Assembly (NCBI GenBank): GCA_038496445.1
Contig: JALMLS010000035.1
Location: 1 to 64,000, forward strand
Length of the DNA: 64,000 nucleotides
From: Trichosphaerium sp. ATCC 40318
Lineage: Eukaryota; Protista; Tubulinea
Direction: 5' to 3'
The position numbers and the translations under genes are program-made. Below are positions 1 through 11,632 of the stretch, piece after piece (the stretch's first letter is position 1; the number at the start of each line of letters is the position of its first letter). The notes beneath the pieces are model-generated. The model had not been told where the DNA came from and searched no databases. It worked only from the letters and a program-made list of their open reading frames with translations.

Positions 1-500
1 TTACAATTACTACTCATGCCATCAATACTCCTTCTGAAAAAGAACTTAACGAGCTTCTCATGGAAGCCTCTCGTCTCATTTATGGCTCCAAAGAAATTAT
101 CATACAAAATCTACACAATAAAAGCGCTGGTTTGGAGATCACCAGAAACTCCTATATCATCACAGTGCGAGATTCTGACAACATCCCTTTATCTTCAAAA
201 GAGAGCTGTTTTTTTATTCATGGTCTACTTTGGTCAGCTGTGGCTCGCCTCCCTATAGTTCAAGAGGTTCGCTTTTCAGGTATTCCAGTACCTATTATTG
301 AAAGTGACTTTTCAGCTTTTGTGGCTCAGCAGTTCAATGCCACTGTTATTGATGGAAAACGAGTACTTTTAAACAATTTCCCAACTAAAGACATTATCAT
401 TTCTCTTGGTGAAGCATGTGATAAGCTCATGGAAGGGACATTCTCTTTACACCTCCAGCGCGAAGAATTACATATCATATACAAAACCATTAAGAGTTAA
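1..500 (+). CDS. 3' part of a hypothetical protein that enters from the left edge
   Basis: The frame of ORF 60..500 is open back to the window start (TITTHAINTPSEKELNELLMEAS...). Stop TAA at 498-500. No family recognised. Confidence 0.5.
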   Translation, partial: TITTHAINTPSEKELNELLMEASRLIYGSKEIIIQNLHNKSAGLEITRNSYIITVRDSDNIPLSSKESCFFIHGLLWSAVARLPIVQEVRFSGIPVPIIESDFSAFVAQQFNATVIDGKRVLLNNFPTKDIIISLGEACDKLMEGTFSLHLQREELHIIYKTIKS

Positions 501-1202
501 GCTAGGGTTTTCATAATCCACTAAAACTGTTTTGTTCTCCGTATTCCATTGTAAAATAAACTTAACATTTGCATTTTGACTTCGCTAATTTAAACAACCC
601 AAGAACATCTTCATTATGTGTTTTCACAGTAGGTAATAAAGGTCTTCGCCTAGAATTTGGTAAAAAACATCAAGATAAAAATGCGAGCGAAAGGTGGCAC
701 TTAGCCTAGTCCAACACTACCAGATTGAGGAGACTCCGTCTCGCTCGGTTGCGACCCTATTTGGATCAACGTAGCCAGAAACCCCTCCCATTTATTGGAT
801 TGATCTCTTGTACAAATCAATAAATTACATTAAACAAACTTTTTCTATCGTAATCTGGCATTGAGCACGTTTATTATCCTCAAGATGCAAACCATCCAGA
901 TAATACAAGGCTTGATACAAATGTCGGTACATGAGTTTTAGTGGTCTGTTCAGCTATACCAACTTGAAGATAACAATCAGCAGTGAAAAGGTTTACACAG
1001 ATTGTTGTGGTTACTATTGGCTCAGGATGCGTAGTTTTAAAATTTTAAGAGCTAACAGAAACAGCTAAAACGAACCAGAAAACGCATAGCAAAAGACTTC
1101 TATTGGTAAAGTAGTATCAGGAGAGAATTTCGTTAAGCAGTTCTACTACTGGTTTAACGATTGAGTCCACTCAGAGTAGGTATAACTGATGAAGAGCACA
1201 TG

Positions 1203-1389
1203 GGCTATGAACGTGGAAATTGAGAATCAGATATGCCTCGAAAATATTGATTTTATCTCAGCAATAAAAACTCTGTCCTGTCAACTGTGAACGTGTCTTT
1301 GAACTTCTTTACTATGGACCCAGTCATGTTTTTATCACCTTAATAATATCAAGTACGTACTAGCCCATCCACACGATGGAGGGAAATAC
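1203..1389 (+). repeat. Internally deleted direct-repeat copy of 4225-4491
   Basis: gctatgaacgtggaaattgagaatcagata...attgattttatctcagcaataaaa...cccagtcatgtttttatcaccttaataatatcaagtacgtac...gatggaggggaaatac aligns to 4225-4491, with about 95 bp missing. Confidence 0.85.
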
Positions 1390-2018
1390 TTATCGTTTTA
1401 CCATTGATAGAAAGGTAGGTATGTTGTGCCTATCCTTGAGTTTGGAATAACTACTGCTTCCGGAGGACGATAACTGAGCAGTGATTTATATATTTTAGTA
1501 TAAACTTGGTGTTGTGATTAGAATTGGTACAGTATTGTGAAATAACAGCGTAAGTTTATTAGTTACAACTCACTAGCCATAGAGTCTAGTTTTCTACCCC
1601 TTTCCATAACAAATTGGTACATAAAAAATACCACAAACATCATCACCACGATAACAATAGTCTCAACTCCTATTTTAATACCGCTCGTATACTCCCTGGC
1701 TCTCTTTAATAAATTCTTTGTTCCTTCCTATTGTACTGTGAGAATGAGAAAATGATATCTAAGAGAAAATGTGTGCCTTAAATTTCCTTATGGATGTTCT
1801 ATCATCAGCGAGTCTTTTAACTACAACGTAATTGGGTTAGTAGTTACTTTTTTAAGCTCTGATATGTTTTTTTACTTGCCTCCTACTCCGCATAGTTGAA
1901 TTTTTTCCAAACATCTGGCAATAGCTTCAACCGTTCTAAAAATACAGTCATCTCTCAGAATGAAAATAAAAAAAAAAAGCAGCTCTCGACTTACAGCTTG
2001 TATTTGGTACTATCCCTA

Positions 2019-3020
2019 TCAAACACTTCTCGTTTTGTAGTTGGAAACATACACTACTTCGTCGAATTCTACAAAGGATTAAATAAATTAAACAAGTGTT
2101 TACTTACTGTCTTCTGCTTCGTCCCACTTTACTTTGTCGAGATCTGCGTCTTGAATAGGAGCTTGCCCAGCCGCAGTGACCTCATCGTTTGCTTTGTCAA
2201 TATGAGTGATGAGTACAATGTATGGGATTCCTAGCAAATTTAAGTAAATACAAATACAACACTGGCATACCTCTTTTCTTCAAGTCCGTTGCGTAAGACT
2301 GAAGTGAGCCTAGTGCGCTGCTATCTTTGTATTTTCCAACCAAGATGACTAATTGGATTTTATCTTTTTCTTGCTCTCCTCTAGCTCTTATATAATCCTT
2401 ATCGTCCTGAGTTGGCAACGCTTCGATATCTGTGCACGTGGGTCAGTTTTTTTTTTGGTTTGGATTTCAACGCACATGTTTCAATTTCTTCCTTGATCTC
2501 CTTCTCCTCACGTGCATTTATAGACGTTCCACTTTTGATCGTTTCTTCCAGTAATGTCAGATGTCCTCCAATGTCTTGACCTGCTGGAATACCTGGAGTA
2601 GTCCTAGGCGGTATAAGAAGCAATCTTTGAGGTTTAAGCGCACCAAAATTTCAAGAAGATGTTGTTGTGTAGCCGTAATCCAACTCGAATTGTAGTTCCA
2701 GTTACAGCCGCTGTACTTTCACTATCGTATTGTGCCGTTCGGCCTGCGCCTGAAGTAATAGATATTATAGCATTAAAGATACATGTCTTGCCAAAGCTCG
2801 GAGGACCGACAATAGCGATGTTACAAGTAGAGCCCCAAGAAGGTGTAAATTCAGCGATAGCTATTTCCAGCTCTTTAACAGATGGGTTTATTGCTAGTAG
2901 AGCAGCACGATTTATGTCCGCCTTTTGAATGATGTTCGGCTCGTTCCTGAAAGAGTTTGTTAGGCGCATACAAAGTATGGATATTTCAGTTCCTTTAGGA
3001 ACATTAACGTACGCTGCCAT
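2019..3020 (-). CDS. IFI44-like P-loop GTPase-fold protein (spliced; the 3' end may be frameshifted)
   Basis: Removing GT-AG introns joins the ORFs into NIAIVGPPSFGKTCIFNAI (Walker A)...KFWTTPGIP (G3 position)...GIPYIVLITHIDK (G4-like)...VVYVSNY. This is the motif order of the IFI44 family. Confidence 0.6.
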
Positions 3021-3092
3021 CAGTACTGTGTTGAGAGGTGTTGTTCCTGACTGTTACAGTACTGTGTTGCGAGGTGTTGTGCCTGTTGTTGT
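3021..3092 (+). repeat. Two-unit ~36-bp tandem repeat
   Basis: cagtactgtgttg(a/c)gaggtgttgt(t/g)cctg occurs twice. Confidence 0.8.
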
Positions 3093-3143
3093 TAAAAAAG
3101 TGTTTTGTTTGTGAACTGACCGTTTTTTAATACGTGATGACTC

Positions 3144-3210
3144 ATCACAGGAACAGGAACTCTTGAACAAAAACCAATCACAGGAACAGGAACTCTTAAA
3201 CAAAAACCAA
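3144..3210 (+). repeat. Two-unit ~33-bp tandem repeat
   Basis: atcacaggaacaggaactctt(g/a)aacaaaa(a)cca occurs twice. Confidence 0.85.
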
Positions 3211-3437
3211 TTTTCAAAAAACAATGGAGAAAGACAAAGTAACAGTATTTGTTCGAGACATCCCTAGCCATGTGGAAGACGCCAAAAGTTTTTTCAGACA
3301 GGAAGAATATCAAAAGTTCGAATATGTGTTTGTAAAGTTAACGAACGCTGGTATCAATGACCCCAATAATTCTGTACGTTTCACGTAGGAACTAGAACAA
3401 AAACCCTTCAACTAATTCTAACTGCAGTTTGTATATC

Positions 3438-4342
3438 ATGACGCTATTCGTAGAGGATGCGATGCAAGCGACAAGCACATGATATTGTATGTTGACCACG
3501 ATGGGAGTGGTCGCATTGGTACAGATAACAATGCAAATGATGGGTCTCACAGTGCGTTTCTAAAAGCGCTCAAAGACACGAACGTTGATTCTGGTACAAT
3601 TGACTTTGGTTTCAAACCTTTCTTACTTACGCTTGTTTATTTAGTGCTTTTACTGATTGATCGCAAAGATATGAAGGATTACAACAGAGCTGATGTTATT
3701 GAACAGCATTTCGTAAAACAAATAATTCCAGAGCGTCGCATTCTATGGACCAGTGGTACACTTGACAAACTACCCAACATACACTAATAATAACTACTTG
3801 ATAGACAACGCAAACGAAGAAATTGTGGCCGAGATTACAAACAGACCAACTGATAGATCTCATTTTAAAATAACCAAAGATGGATTCAAAATCCAGTGGA
3901 ACGTAGTCATTGGTCTAGCATTATTTATCGCTATCATGATTGTTGGTACGAACTTTGGCATTTGTTGTGAAATAGCTTGTGACACTTTTTAGTTGTGGTC
4001 CTTGGGCACGGCGAGAAATATGATGATAGAATCAAGCTAAACACGGTGCCAGGTAAATTAAAAGAATGTAAAATAAGAAATAACAAGATGGAAGCCGATT
4101 TATCAACTTTTATACAAAAAGGAAGTGAAAAAATGGGATTACTTAACCCCATGAACAACAAATTAGATGAAATGAAGGGTGCGGCAAAGGCGCAGACTGC
4201 TGAATTTAAACAAAAACTGGAGGCTGCTATGAAAGTGCAAATTGAGAATCAGATAGAAATGGAGAATCAAATTGCTGAATTTAACCGAGACATAAAGAAG
4301 ATGGAAAGAGAGTGGCAAGAAATGGTCGAAGCTCATGGCTAA
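3438..4342 (+). pseudogene. Membrane-anchored coiled-coil protein, probably frameshifted
   Basis: ORFs 3479, 3753 and 3995 form a chain with a TM segment (WNVVIGLALFIAIMIVG) and a C-terminal coiled coil. The frame change near 3780 has no obvious intron to explain it. Confidence 0.4.
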
Positions 4343-4491
4343 GGCTGCCTTGAAAACATTGATTTATCTCAGCAATAAAAATTCTGTCCTGTCAACTGTG
4401 AACGTTTGAACTTCTTTACTACGGACCCAGTCATGTTTTTATCACCTTAATAATATCAAGTACGTACCCATCCACGATGGAGGGGAAATAC
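4225..4491 (+). repeat. Longer copy of the 1203-1389 repeat, ending in a small hairpin
   Basis: Direct alignment to 1203-1389; it ends in ccatc-cac-gatgg. Confidence 0.85.
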
Positions 4492-4499
4492 ATTGTTGT

Positions 4500-4690
4500 T
4501 AACCTTTGTTTTGACATTGTTTTGTTGGTTGCTTTGAAGGTTGTTGTTGCGTTGTGTGGTTGTTGTTGATTTTGATTTTCTTCAAGTCAGTGAAAACATG
4601 TTGATGCGATAGCCAACAATTTTATTTTACACTTAGCTGCACGAGCACTTATTTCGCGATTTTTAGCGGTAGCGAGCATTAATACATTGT
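4500..4690 (-). pseudogene. Relic promoter, 5'UTR and start codon of the triplicated deamidase-like gene
   Basis: The reverse complement reads ...gttttcactgacttgaagaaaatcaaaatcaacaacaaccacacaacgcaacaacaaccttcaaagcaaccaacaaaacaATGTCAAAACAAAG, matching 10345-10442 and 13705-13872, and then breaks off. Confidence 0.75.
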
Positions 4691-5042
4691 ATTAGAGCTG
4701 TATCAACCTATTCAATGAACATGTGTATTGTTGTCTATTCTACCGCTTCGATATGCCACTTGAACGTAAACCTGGATATCTAAAACCTTTTCTTTGTATC
4801 TTCAGATTGCACAGTCAACGTAGACCTATTTCCTCTATGTCTTTCCTGCATCACGGATCAATTGCCCTCCATAGCAAAGCCATGAACCACAGGCAGTCAA
4901 AGCAAATAGTGGAAATCAAAGGAAGCAACAGTCGCTACTGAGCAAAAACCTACTGTTTAATCACCTAACAACAAGATAGTAAAAACAAACAGATGTTGAT
5001 TTAAAGTTGTGTTTATTAACAGTATTTACAAAACATGCAAGC

Positions 5043-6324
5043 CAATGGTAAGAAATTAGATGTGTGTTCATACTTTTGCTAACGCTGGTCTGAATTTCTT
5101 GAGGGCTGGATCATCTTTACTTGCCAAAGTCTTCTTTGCTTTACGAACTTGTTCGACAACTTTGTCAAACTTTTTCATATCAGGTACTTCGAATATGCCA
5201 TCTCCATTGATCTTGTTATTTGGCATCTTCTTATATCGTTGTGCTTGTTTTGTGTCTTTACCCCAACCACATGCCCAAAGTGCATCAGGCTCAACAAGAG
5301 GATGAATAGAACCTTTTGAATCCAAATAGAATCCACTTTTAAACCCTTGAGATCCTGTTTTGTTTATCACTTTATGAGCGCCCTTCAACACCTCAAGTAC
5401 AGCTGCAAGTGTTGCATTGGCTTTTGGCATTCCTGTCATCACGTAGAACGTTCTTTTGCTGATCGGATGATTACCTGGGCCAAATGTCAGGGCTCGTCAA
5501 TACAAGTAGCAAAGCAAACAACACGTACCTAAACCAGATTTGATTTTTTCTTCGATCCATGCAGTACGAACTGCTTTTTGAACCTTGTCGTATGTTGTCC
5601 ACCATGTCTTCATTGAACAAGAATCGCTGATATGAGCACAATAACATGAGCCATTTGGATTTGGGCTGATGATTCCGACACATGGACCCAAACCGGCAAC
5701 GCCACAAGGTTTTGCTATCATAAACTGTTAAACTATATTCCACAAGAATGAAAACTTACGCAATGACTTCATGAATGTGCCTCCGACACCTCCTCCAACA
5801 GTTGCAGGTTTAACTGAGGGTTTCTTTGTACTGTGGTGAAGTTAGAATACAAAAGAGATGAATCAAGGACGTACACTTTCTCTCCATGAGCTTTCTTTTG
5901 AAGCATTTCTTGTTTACGTTGTTTGGCTTGTTCTCTCATTCGAAGTTGTTTCTCTGTTGGTGGTGCCTTTGCTGGTTTCTTCTTTTGAGTAACACGTTTT
6001 GTTGTCTTGTTTTTGTTTCCAGTCGTTGATCTTTGTTTAGACATTGCTTTTGAAGGTTGTTGTTGTATTGTGTGTTGGTTGTTGTTGATTATGATTTTCT
6101 TGGCGTCAGTGAAAACACGTTGACATCATTAACTTATCAATACCACGATGAACTCTTCCTTCCTCGATGTGACTTTTATTCACGCTGTGCTTACCTACCG
6201 AACCAAACAACCAATAACCCAGCGCAAAAGAAGATACATTTAGACTCCAAACAGGTTATCTGAAAAACTCGCGAGATTCATCGAGAAAAAGCTAATAAAT
6301 GGCTTTGTACGCCCACAAAGCCTT
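5043..6324 (-). repeat. Left arm of a ~1.3-kb inverted repeat (partner 10137-11438)
   Basis: Reverse-complement similarity covers the gene and about 280 bp upstream. The paired ORFs 6057..6263 and 10198..10404 are near-identical. Confidence 0.95.
5068..6044 (-). CDS. CheD/CNF1-like putative deamidase, copy 1 (4 exons)
   Basis: Same exon structure as copy 2; motif GVAGLGPCVGIISPNPNGSCYCAHISD. Confidence 0.7.
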
Positions 6325-6693
6325 ATAATTACTGCGTCATGCAAAGGACCAAAACATATCTGTAATCACGTGCGCATACAAAAAATAAACCAAAAACTGA
6401 AATAACAAGCTTCTTTGGTAATTGTGACGTTACTACAGAACCGACGAACATTAACAAGCAGGAGAAAGAAATACTGCAATAAAAAAACCTGCGGTATTTG
6501 TTACCTCCTTTTACCGCTGCTGCGGTGTCACTTATGGCATGTCAACAAGCACGTGCAGTGCAAAGTTCCTATTTTAGAGTAGGTTTTTATTATCGTACAT
6601 AGTAGGAAGAACATACATACACGTACATTGAAAAGGTTTTTTACCAATCCATAAGTCATTTTAACCTTTTCGTAAGCAATACTTTCACGTGTG

Positions 6694-7420
6694 ATGTTCG
6701 TTGTACGCAGAACAACCCGTCGTGGTGTTAAGGTATGTACCTACGCGCGTTAGGAGTACTGAAATTTGTGTTTAGCACCAGACCAGTACAAGGCATGCAA
6801 AACGGACGTATTATACATTACGTAAGCGTATTGAAACGAATACAGTGACGTATCAGCGTCAGCCTCGAATCTCCCACTTGTTTCCCCGCACAACGTTAAA
6901 CGCGCCTTTTTCTTATGGTTGGCGCTTCTTAGCCACAGGAGCGAACGACCTTCCAAAGGAAATGTCCAAACAAACACTCAAAGAGCTGATTAATGACAAA
7001 CAATCAGAATACGTCTTAATCGATGTTAGAAACCCTCACGAACTCGAACATGGTGTAATAGAGACTTCCCATAACATACCATGTATGTCAGCCTCAAAAA
7101 CACCTAAAAATATCATCTAACGCGTTAAAATATAGTGGCTAATATCGAGAAAGCATTTAGCGTTGATGATAGTGACACATGGATAGACAATTACAAAATC
7201 GAGAAACCAGCAAAGGAAACGCAACTCATTTTTTACTGCAGGGTACACAAACCAAGGCCAAATTTTTTTTCTTTCACCATCGCGTTTGGTTAACTGACAC
7301 TTTTTTTAATAGTCTGGTGCAAGGTCCGACAAGGCAGCACGTTTTGCATTACAGAACGGTTATAAGGACGTGAGCAATTATTCTGGGAGTTACATCGACT
7401 GGTTTGGAAAGAGCTACTAA
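6694..7420 (+). CDS. Single-domain rhodanese/thiosulfate sulfurtransferase, probably mitochondrial
   Basis: Arg-rich N-terminus MFVVRRTTRRGVK; LIDVRNPHELEHGVIETSHNIP; spliced active-site FYCRSGARS; YSGSYIDW. Confidence 0.85.
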
Positions 7421-8215
7421 AACCAAGCAGCACTTATACATAAAAGCCACAAGCCATTGTTAATGGAGTCGTACAATTTCGTGCGTCTACAAAGAGATGT
7501 GCTTCACGTGATTCTTTTTAAAACTAAATAACTTATGTACTAAAATATATTGAAGGTATTCATTACACTCCTCACTCCTCGGGATTGGTTTTGTATGACT
7601 ATATAGATTATCAGTCACCTGTCTTTTGCACGTGCTGGTGGTTTTTTTTCTTTTTGGTTTACGGAGTACACCGTTTGTGGGATTCCGAGTCGCAGCAACG
7701 TCGTTGTCCATTTAAAAAACTGCTCTCTCCGTAAAACGACACTATTTCGCCAGAGTATCGTGACCAATATGCTCGCTCTGATGGTTTAGTTCACTTCTCA
7801 ACTCAGAAAAAACATGAACAATTGTTTTCAGGTCATGACGGAATAACATACTCCGCTCTTAAGTATCAGCTGTTGATGACGTGACAATAACCTTTGCAAA
7901 AAACAGTCGGCCGATACACTGTCTCTAAAGAGAAGTTAACAATGCAGATTCTCATCCCATTAGCTTCGTTATTTCGGATCTATGAGATTATCAGGTCATC
8001 AAAATGTACATCACGTGATAAAAAACATCTATTAAAGGTGTCAGAGCGAGAAACGACACCAAAAAAAACGCACGGAAATAGATTTTCAACTAAACTATAT
8101 TTTGTGGCGCTTCGTGTCACATTTTAAAGTACTTAACAATTGCTTCGAAACTGGGTTTGTTTACACAAGGGTGAAACACCGTAAGAGGTAAAAAAACAAA
8201 AAGAGAATAAACAAA

Positions 8216-9696
8216 ATGTCTCAAAGCTATAAAGTGGTAATGGTTGGCGGCGGAGGTACGTGTCTTCTTTTAGTTTCGTACAGCACACTCGTAGGTTACC
8301 CGCTTTTTGTTTGGTCGCCCGGGTTTATATAATGAGAGCGTAATGATGTTTTAGGTGTCGGAAAGAGTGCGCTTACTATCAGGCTCATTCAAAATTCGTT
8401 TATTGATAAATATGGTACGAGGAGCCAAAAAAAAAAAAACCAATCACTTGTCTTTTGTCTCTCTTCTGTTTGCTAAATCACGTTGTTTTACAGATCCAAC
8501 TATTGAGGATAGCTACAGGTATGGATACTATTACTACTACACGAGTGTTTTTAGTTTTTAGTAAATAAGCGCACTTTTACGTCTAGTTTTTTTTTTTACC
8601 CTCGGCTTGGTTCAGAAATTATATCACGTGATAAAACTAGAAATAATAAATTGGCGTAAAAACAAAAAGAGGCTACTTTTTGCCTATTCTGTATCACTTT
8701 CATTGTTTAATACTTTTTTACGGTGCGGACTGACTTATTTTCCTTCTAGAAAACAAGTTGAGATAGATAAACAAGTTCTAGTGTTGGATATTCGTAAGTA
8801 ATTTGGAATCAAGTTTTTTTTTGTTCGCACGAAAAAATAACCAAAAAAAAAGTACCTTGCACTTACTAACATCCATTAGTTGATACAGCCGGTCAAGAAG
8901 AGTAAGCAAATGCGAAAGATTTGTTTCATTTATTTAAAATATGATTTTGGCTTGAAGAGCTCTAACTTTTTGTTTCTGTAAAGGTACTCTACACTACAAG
9001 ATCAATACATGAGAAGTGGTCAAGGGTTTATGCTTGTATTCGATATTACACAAAAAACAACGTTTCAAGATATTCCACGTTTTAAGGAAAAAATATTGAG
9101 GTACGTTAGTTTGGAGACTGTTATCCTAAACGAATAGAATGATATTCCAGCACGAAAGTTCACATACGATTTTTTGGATACACAAAAAGAGATCCCTAAA
9201 AAACTTTTTTGAAAAATTATATGTACTGACTTGGTACTTCGTTTGTAGAGTCAAGGATATGCAAAAATTTCCGATGGTGCTTGTAGGAAATAAATGCGAT
9301 TTGGAAGAAGAGAGAGAAGTAACAAAACAAGAGGCACAAGACCTCGCGAAGAAATACGGGTACGAAGAGAGATTTTTTTAACTTATTTTGATATTTTTTT
9401 TCTTGAATCCTAATTTTAACTTATTTCAAAAACTTATTAAACCAAGGTGTCCATACTTCGAAACATCAGCTAAATGTCGTGTAAACGTCGAAGAAGCTTT
9501 TTATCAATGCGTTAGAGAAATCAAGAAAGGTACGGCGAAGCGAAGCGGCTTTATTTTCTGGAAAACTTTTTTTTTTGATGTCTTCAGTCACTTTTCGTAT
9601 CCCTTTTACAACAATTTTACTGACTCTTTTCTGCGTATAGCCTTGAAAGAAAAAGGAAAAGAGGGCCGAAGAAAAGGAAAGTGTAATATTTTGTAA
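8216..9696 (+). CDS. ras: Ras-family small GTPase
   Basis: Spliced protein: [21 protein letters not shown]...[13 protein letters not shown]...LDTAGQEEY...VLVGNKCDL...ETSAK...KGKCNIL (CaaX box). Confidence 0.95.
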
Positions 9697-10136
9697 AACA
9701 CTAATAACCCGTCTCAACGCACTGTCGTTTGTAAAGTAGAACAATTGAATTGATTTTAATCCATAACTTGTTAGTTGAATGTTATTTTAATTTTAGACCC
9801 AAAAAACGTTGGCAGTTATCACGCACGTGCAGTTATTGTTTTTCTAGAGTGATAAAGGACAGCCCGGGGTATCGTTAGTAGTATTAGTCCGTATTAGTGT
9901 AAGGTTGCAGGGTATTTGTATCTGTGCTGAACAACATCTACAAAAGCGATCCTGAAAAGGAAAAATACGCATTCAATATGGTCTCTGTGGCTTCGCATTG
10001 CCACACAGGCTTCGAGTGCCAGTCATAGTAACCAAAACACACTCAAAAGACTAAAATTGTTTTGTTATGGTCTTTCAGCACGTGATTAGAGACGCAGCGT
10101 GTTGGTCACTTTTGTACGCTGTACAGGTAATATTCC

Positions 10137-11438
10137 AAGGCTTTGTAGGCGTACAAAGCCATTTATTAGCTTTTTCTCGATGAATCTCGCGAGTTTTTCA
10201 GATAACCTGTTTGGAGTCTAAATGTATCTTCTTTTGCGCTGGGTTATTGGTTGTTTGGTTCGGTAGGTAAGCACAGCGTGAATAAAAGTCACATCGAGGA
10301 AGGAAGAGTTCATCGTGGTATCGATAAGTTAATGATGTCAACGTGTTTTCACTGACGCCAAGAAAATCATAATCAACAACAACCAACACACAACACAACA
10401 ACAACCTTCAAAAACAACCAACCCAACAATGTCAAAACAAAGATCAACGACTGGAAACAAAAACAAGACAACAAAACGTGTTACTCAAAAGAAGAAACCA
10501 GCAAAGGCACCACCAACAGAGAAACAACTTCGAATGAGAGAACAAGCCAAACAACGTAAACAAGAAATGCTTCAAAAGAAAGCTCATGGAGAGAAAGTGT
10601 ACGTCCTTGATTCATCTCTTTTGTATTCTAACTTCACCACAGTACAAAGAAACCCTCAGTTAAACCTGCAACTGTTGGAGGAGGTGTCGGAGGCACATTC
10701 ATGAAGTCATTGCGTATGTTCTCATATTCAGTGTTTTGAAATTTATTCTAACAGTTTATGATAGCAAAACCTTGTGGTGTTGCCGGATTGGGTCCATGTG
10801 TCGGAATCATCAGTCCAAATCCAAATGGTACAAATTATTGTGCTCATATCAGCGATTCTTGCTCAATGAAGACATGGTGGACAACATACGACAAGGTTCA
10901 AAAAGCAGTTCGTACTGCATGGATTGAAGAAAAAATCAAATCTGGTTTAGGTACGTGTTTATTTGCTTTCTTTCACTTGGATGACGTAGCCCTGACATTT
11001 GGCCCAGGTAATCATCCAATCAGCAAAAGAACCTTCTACGTCATGACAGGGATGCCAAAGGCCAATGCAACACTTGCAGCTGTACTTGAGGTGTTGAAAG
11101 GCGCTCACAAAGTGATAAACAAAACAGGATCTCAAGGGTTTAAAAGTGGATTCTATTTGGATTCAAAAGGTTCTGTTCATCCACTTGTTGAACCTGATGC
11201 ACTTTGGGCATGTGGTTGGGGTAAAGACACAAAACAAGCACAACGATATAAGAAGATGCCAAATAACAAGATCAATGGAGATGGCATATTCGAAGTACCT
11301 GATATGAAAAAGTTTGACAAAGTTGTTGAACAAGTTCGTAAAGCAAAGAAGACTTTGGCAAGTAAAGATGATCCAGCCCTCAAGAAATTCAGACCAGTAT
11401 TAGCAAAAGTATGAATGCACATCTGATTTTTTACATTG
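10137..11438 (+). repeat. Right arm of the ~1.3-kb inverted repeat
   Basis: Reverse complement of 5043-6324. Confidence 0.95.
10429..11414 (+). CDS. CheD/CNF1-like putative deamidase, copy 2 (exons 10429-10598, 10643-10713, 10765-10950, 11008-11414; 277 aa)
   Basis: GT-AG introns give an 834-nt open frame. A Lys-rich N-terminus is followed by SLPKPCGVAGLGPCVGIISPNPNGTNYCAHISD...RTFYVMTGM...NATLAAVLEVL...GFYLDSKGSVHP. Confidence 0.7.
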
Positions 11439-11632
11439 AACCTCCAGCTACTTCTTGAATGTACATAGTTTGAAATATAATAAAAAAATGTTAAAACACT
11501 AGAGTAATTACTAACTAAGTTCTTGGTAGTATTATTCCAACTGACGAGATATAGAATTGTTGTTTTTTTCTTTATTTTTTCTTATACAACACAATCTTAG
11601 TCTGTTGCCTATCTATGTCTTTCTTCCCTCAC

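Noticed and set aside
600-1900. Possible gene or ncRNA in this long ORF-free stretch
   Set aside because: I could not reconstruct a consistent frame or a recognisable RNA structure.
3021-3210. Short 33-36-bp repeats (and those at 46212-46325) read as CRISPR-like arrays
   Set aside because: Only 2-3 adjacent units, no unique spacers, no cas genes, and a eukaryotic context.
6057-6263. Duplicated 68-aa ORF (also 10198..10404) read as a small protein or antitoxin
   Set aside because: It has a non-ATG start and runs antisense over the CAA-rich 5'UTR and promoter. The DNA duplication explains its conservation, and it is not preserved at copy 3.
5043-11438. The inverted repeat read as TIRs of a DNA transposon or composite transposon
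   Set aside because: The arms are whole spliced genes with ragged outer ends. No transposase or target-site duplication is visible.
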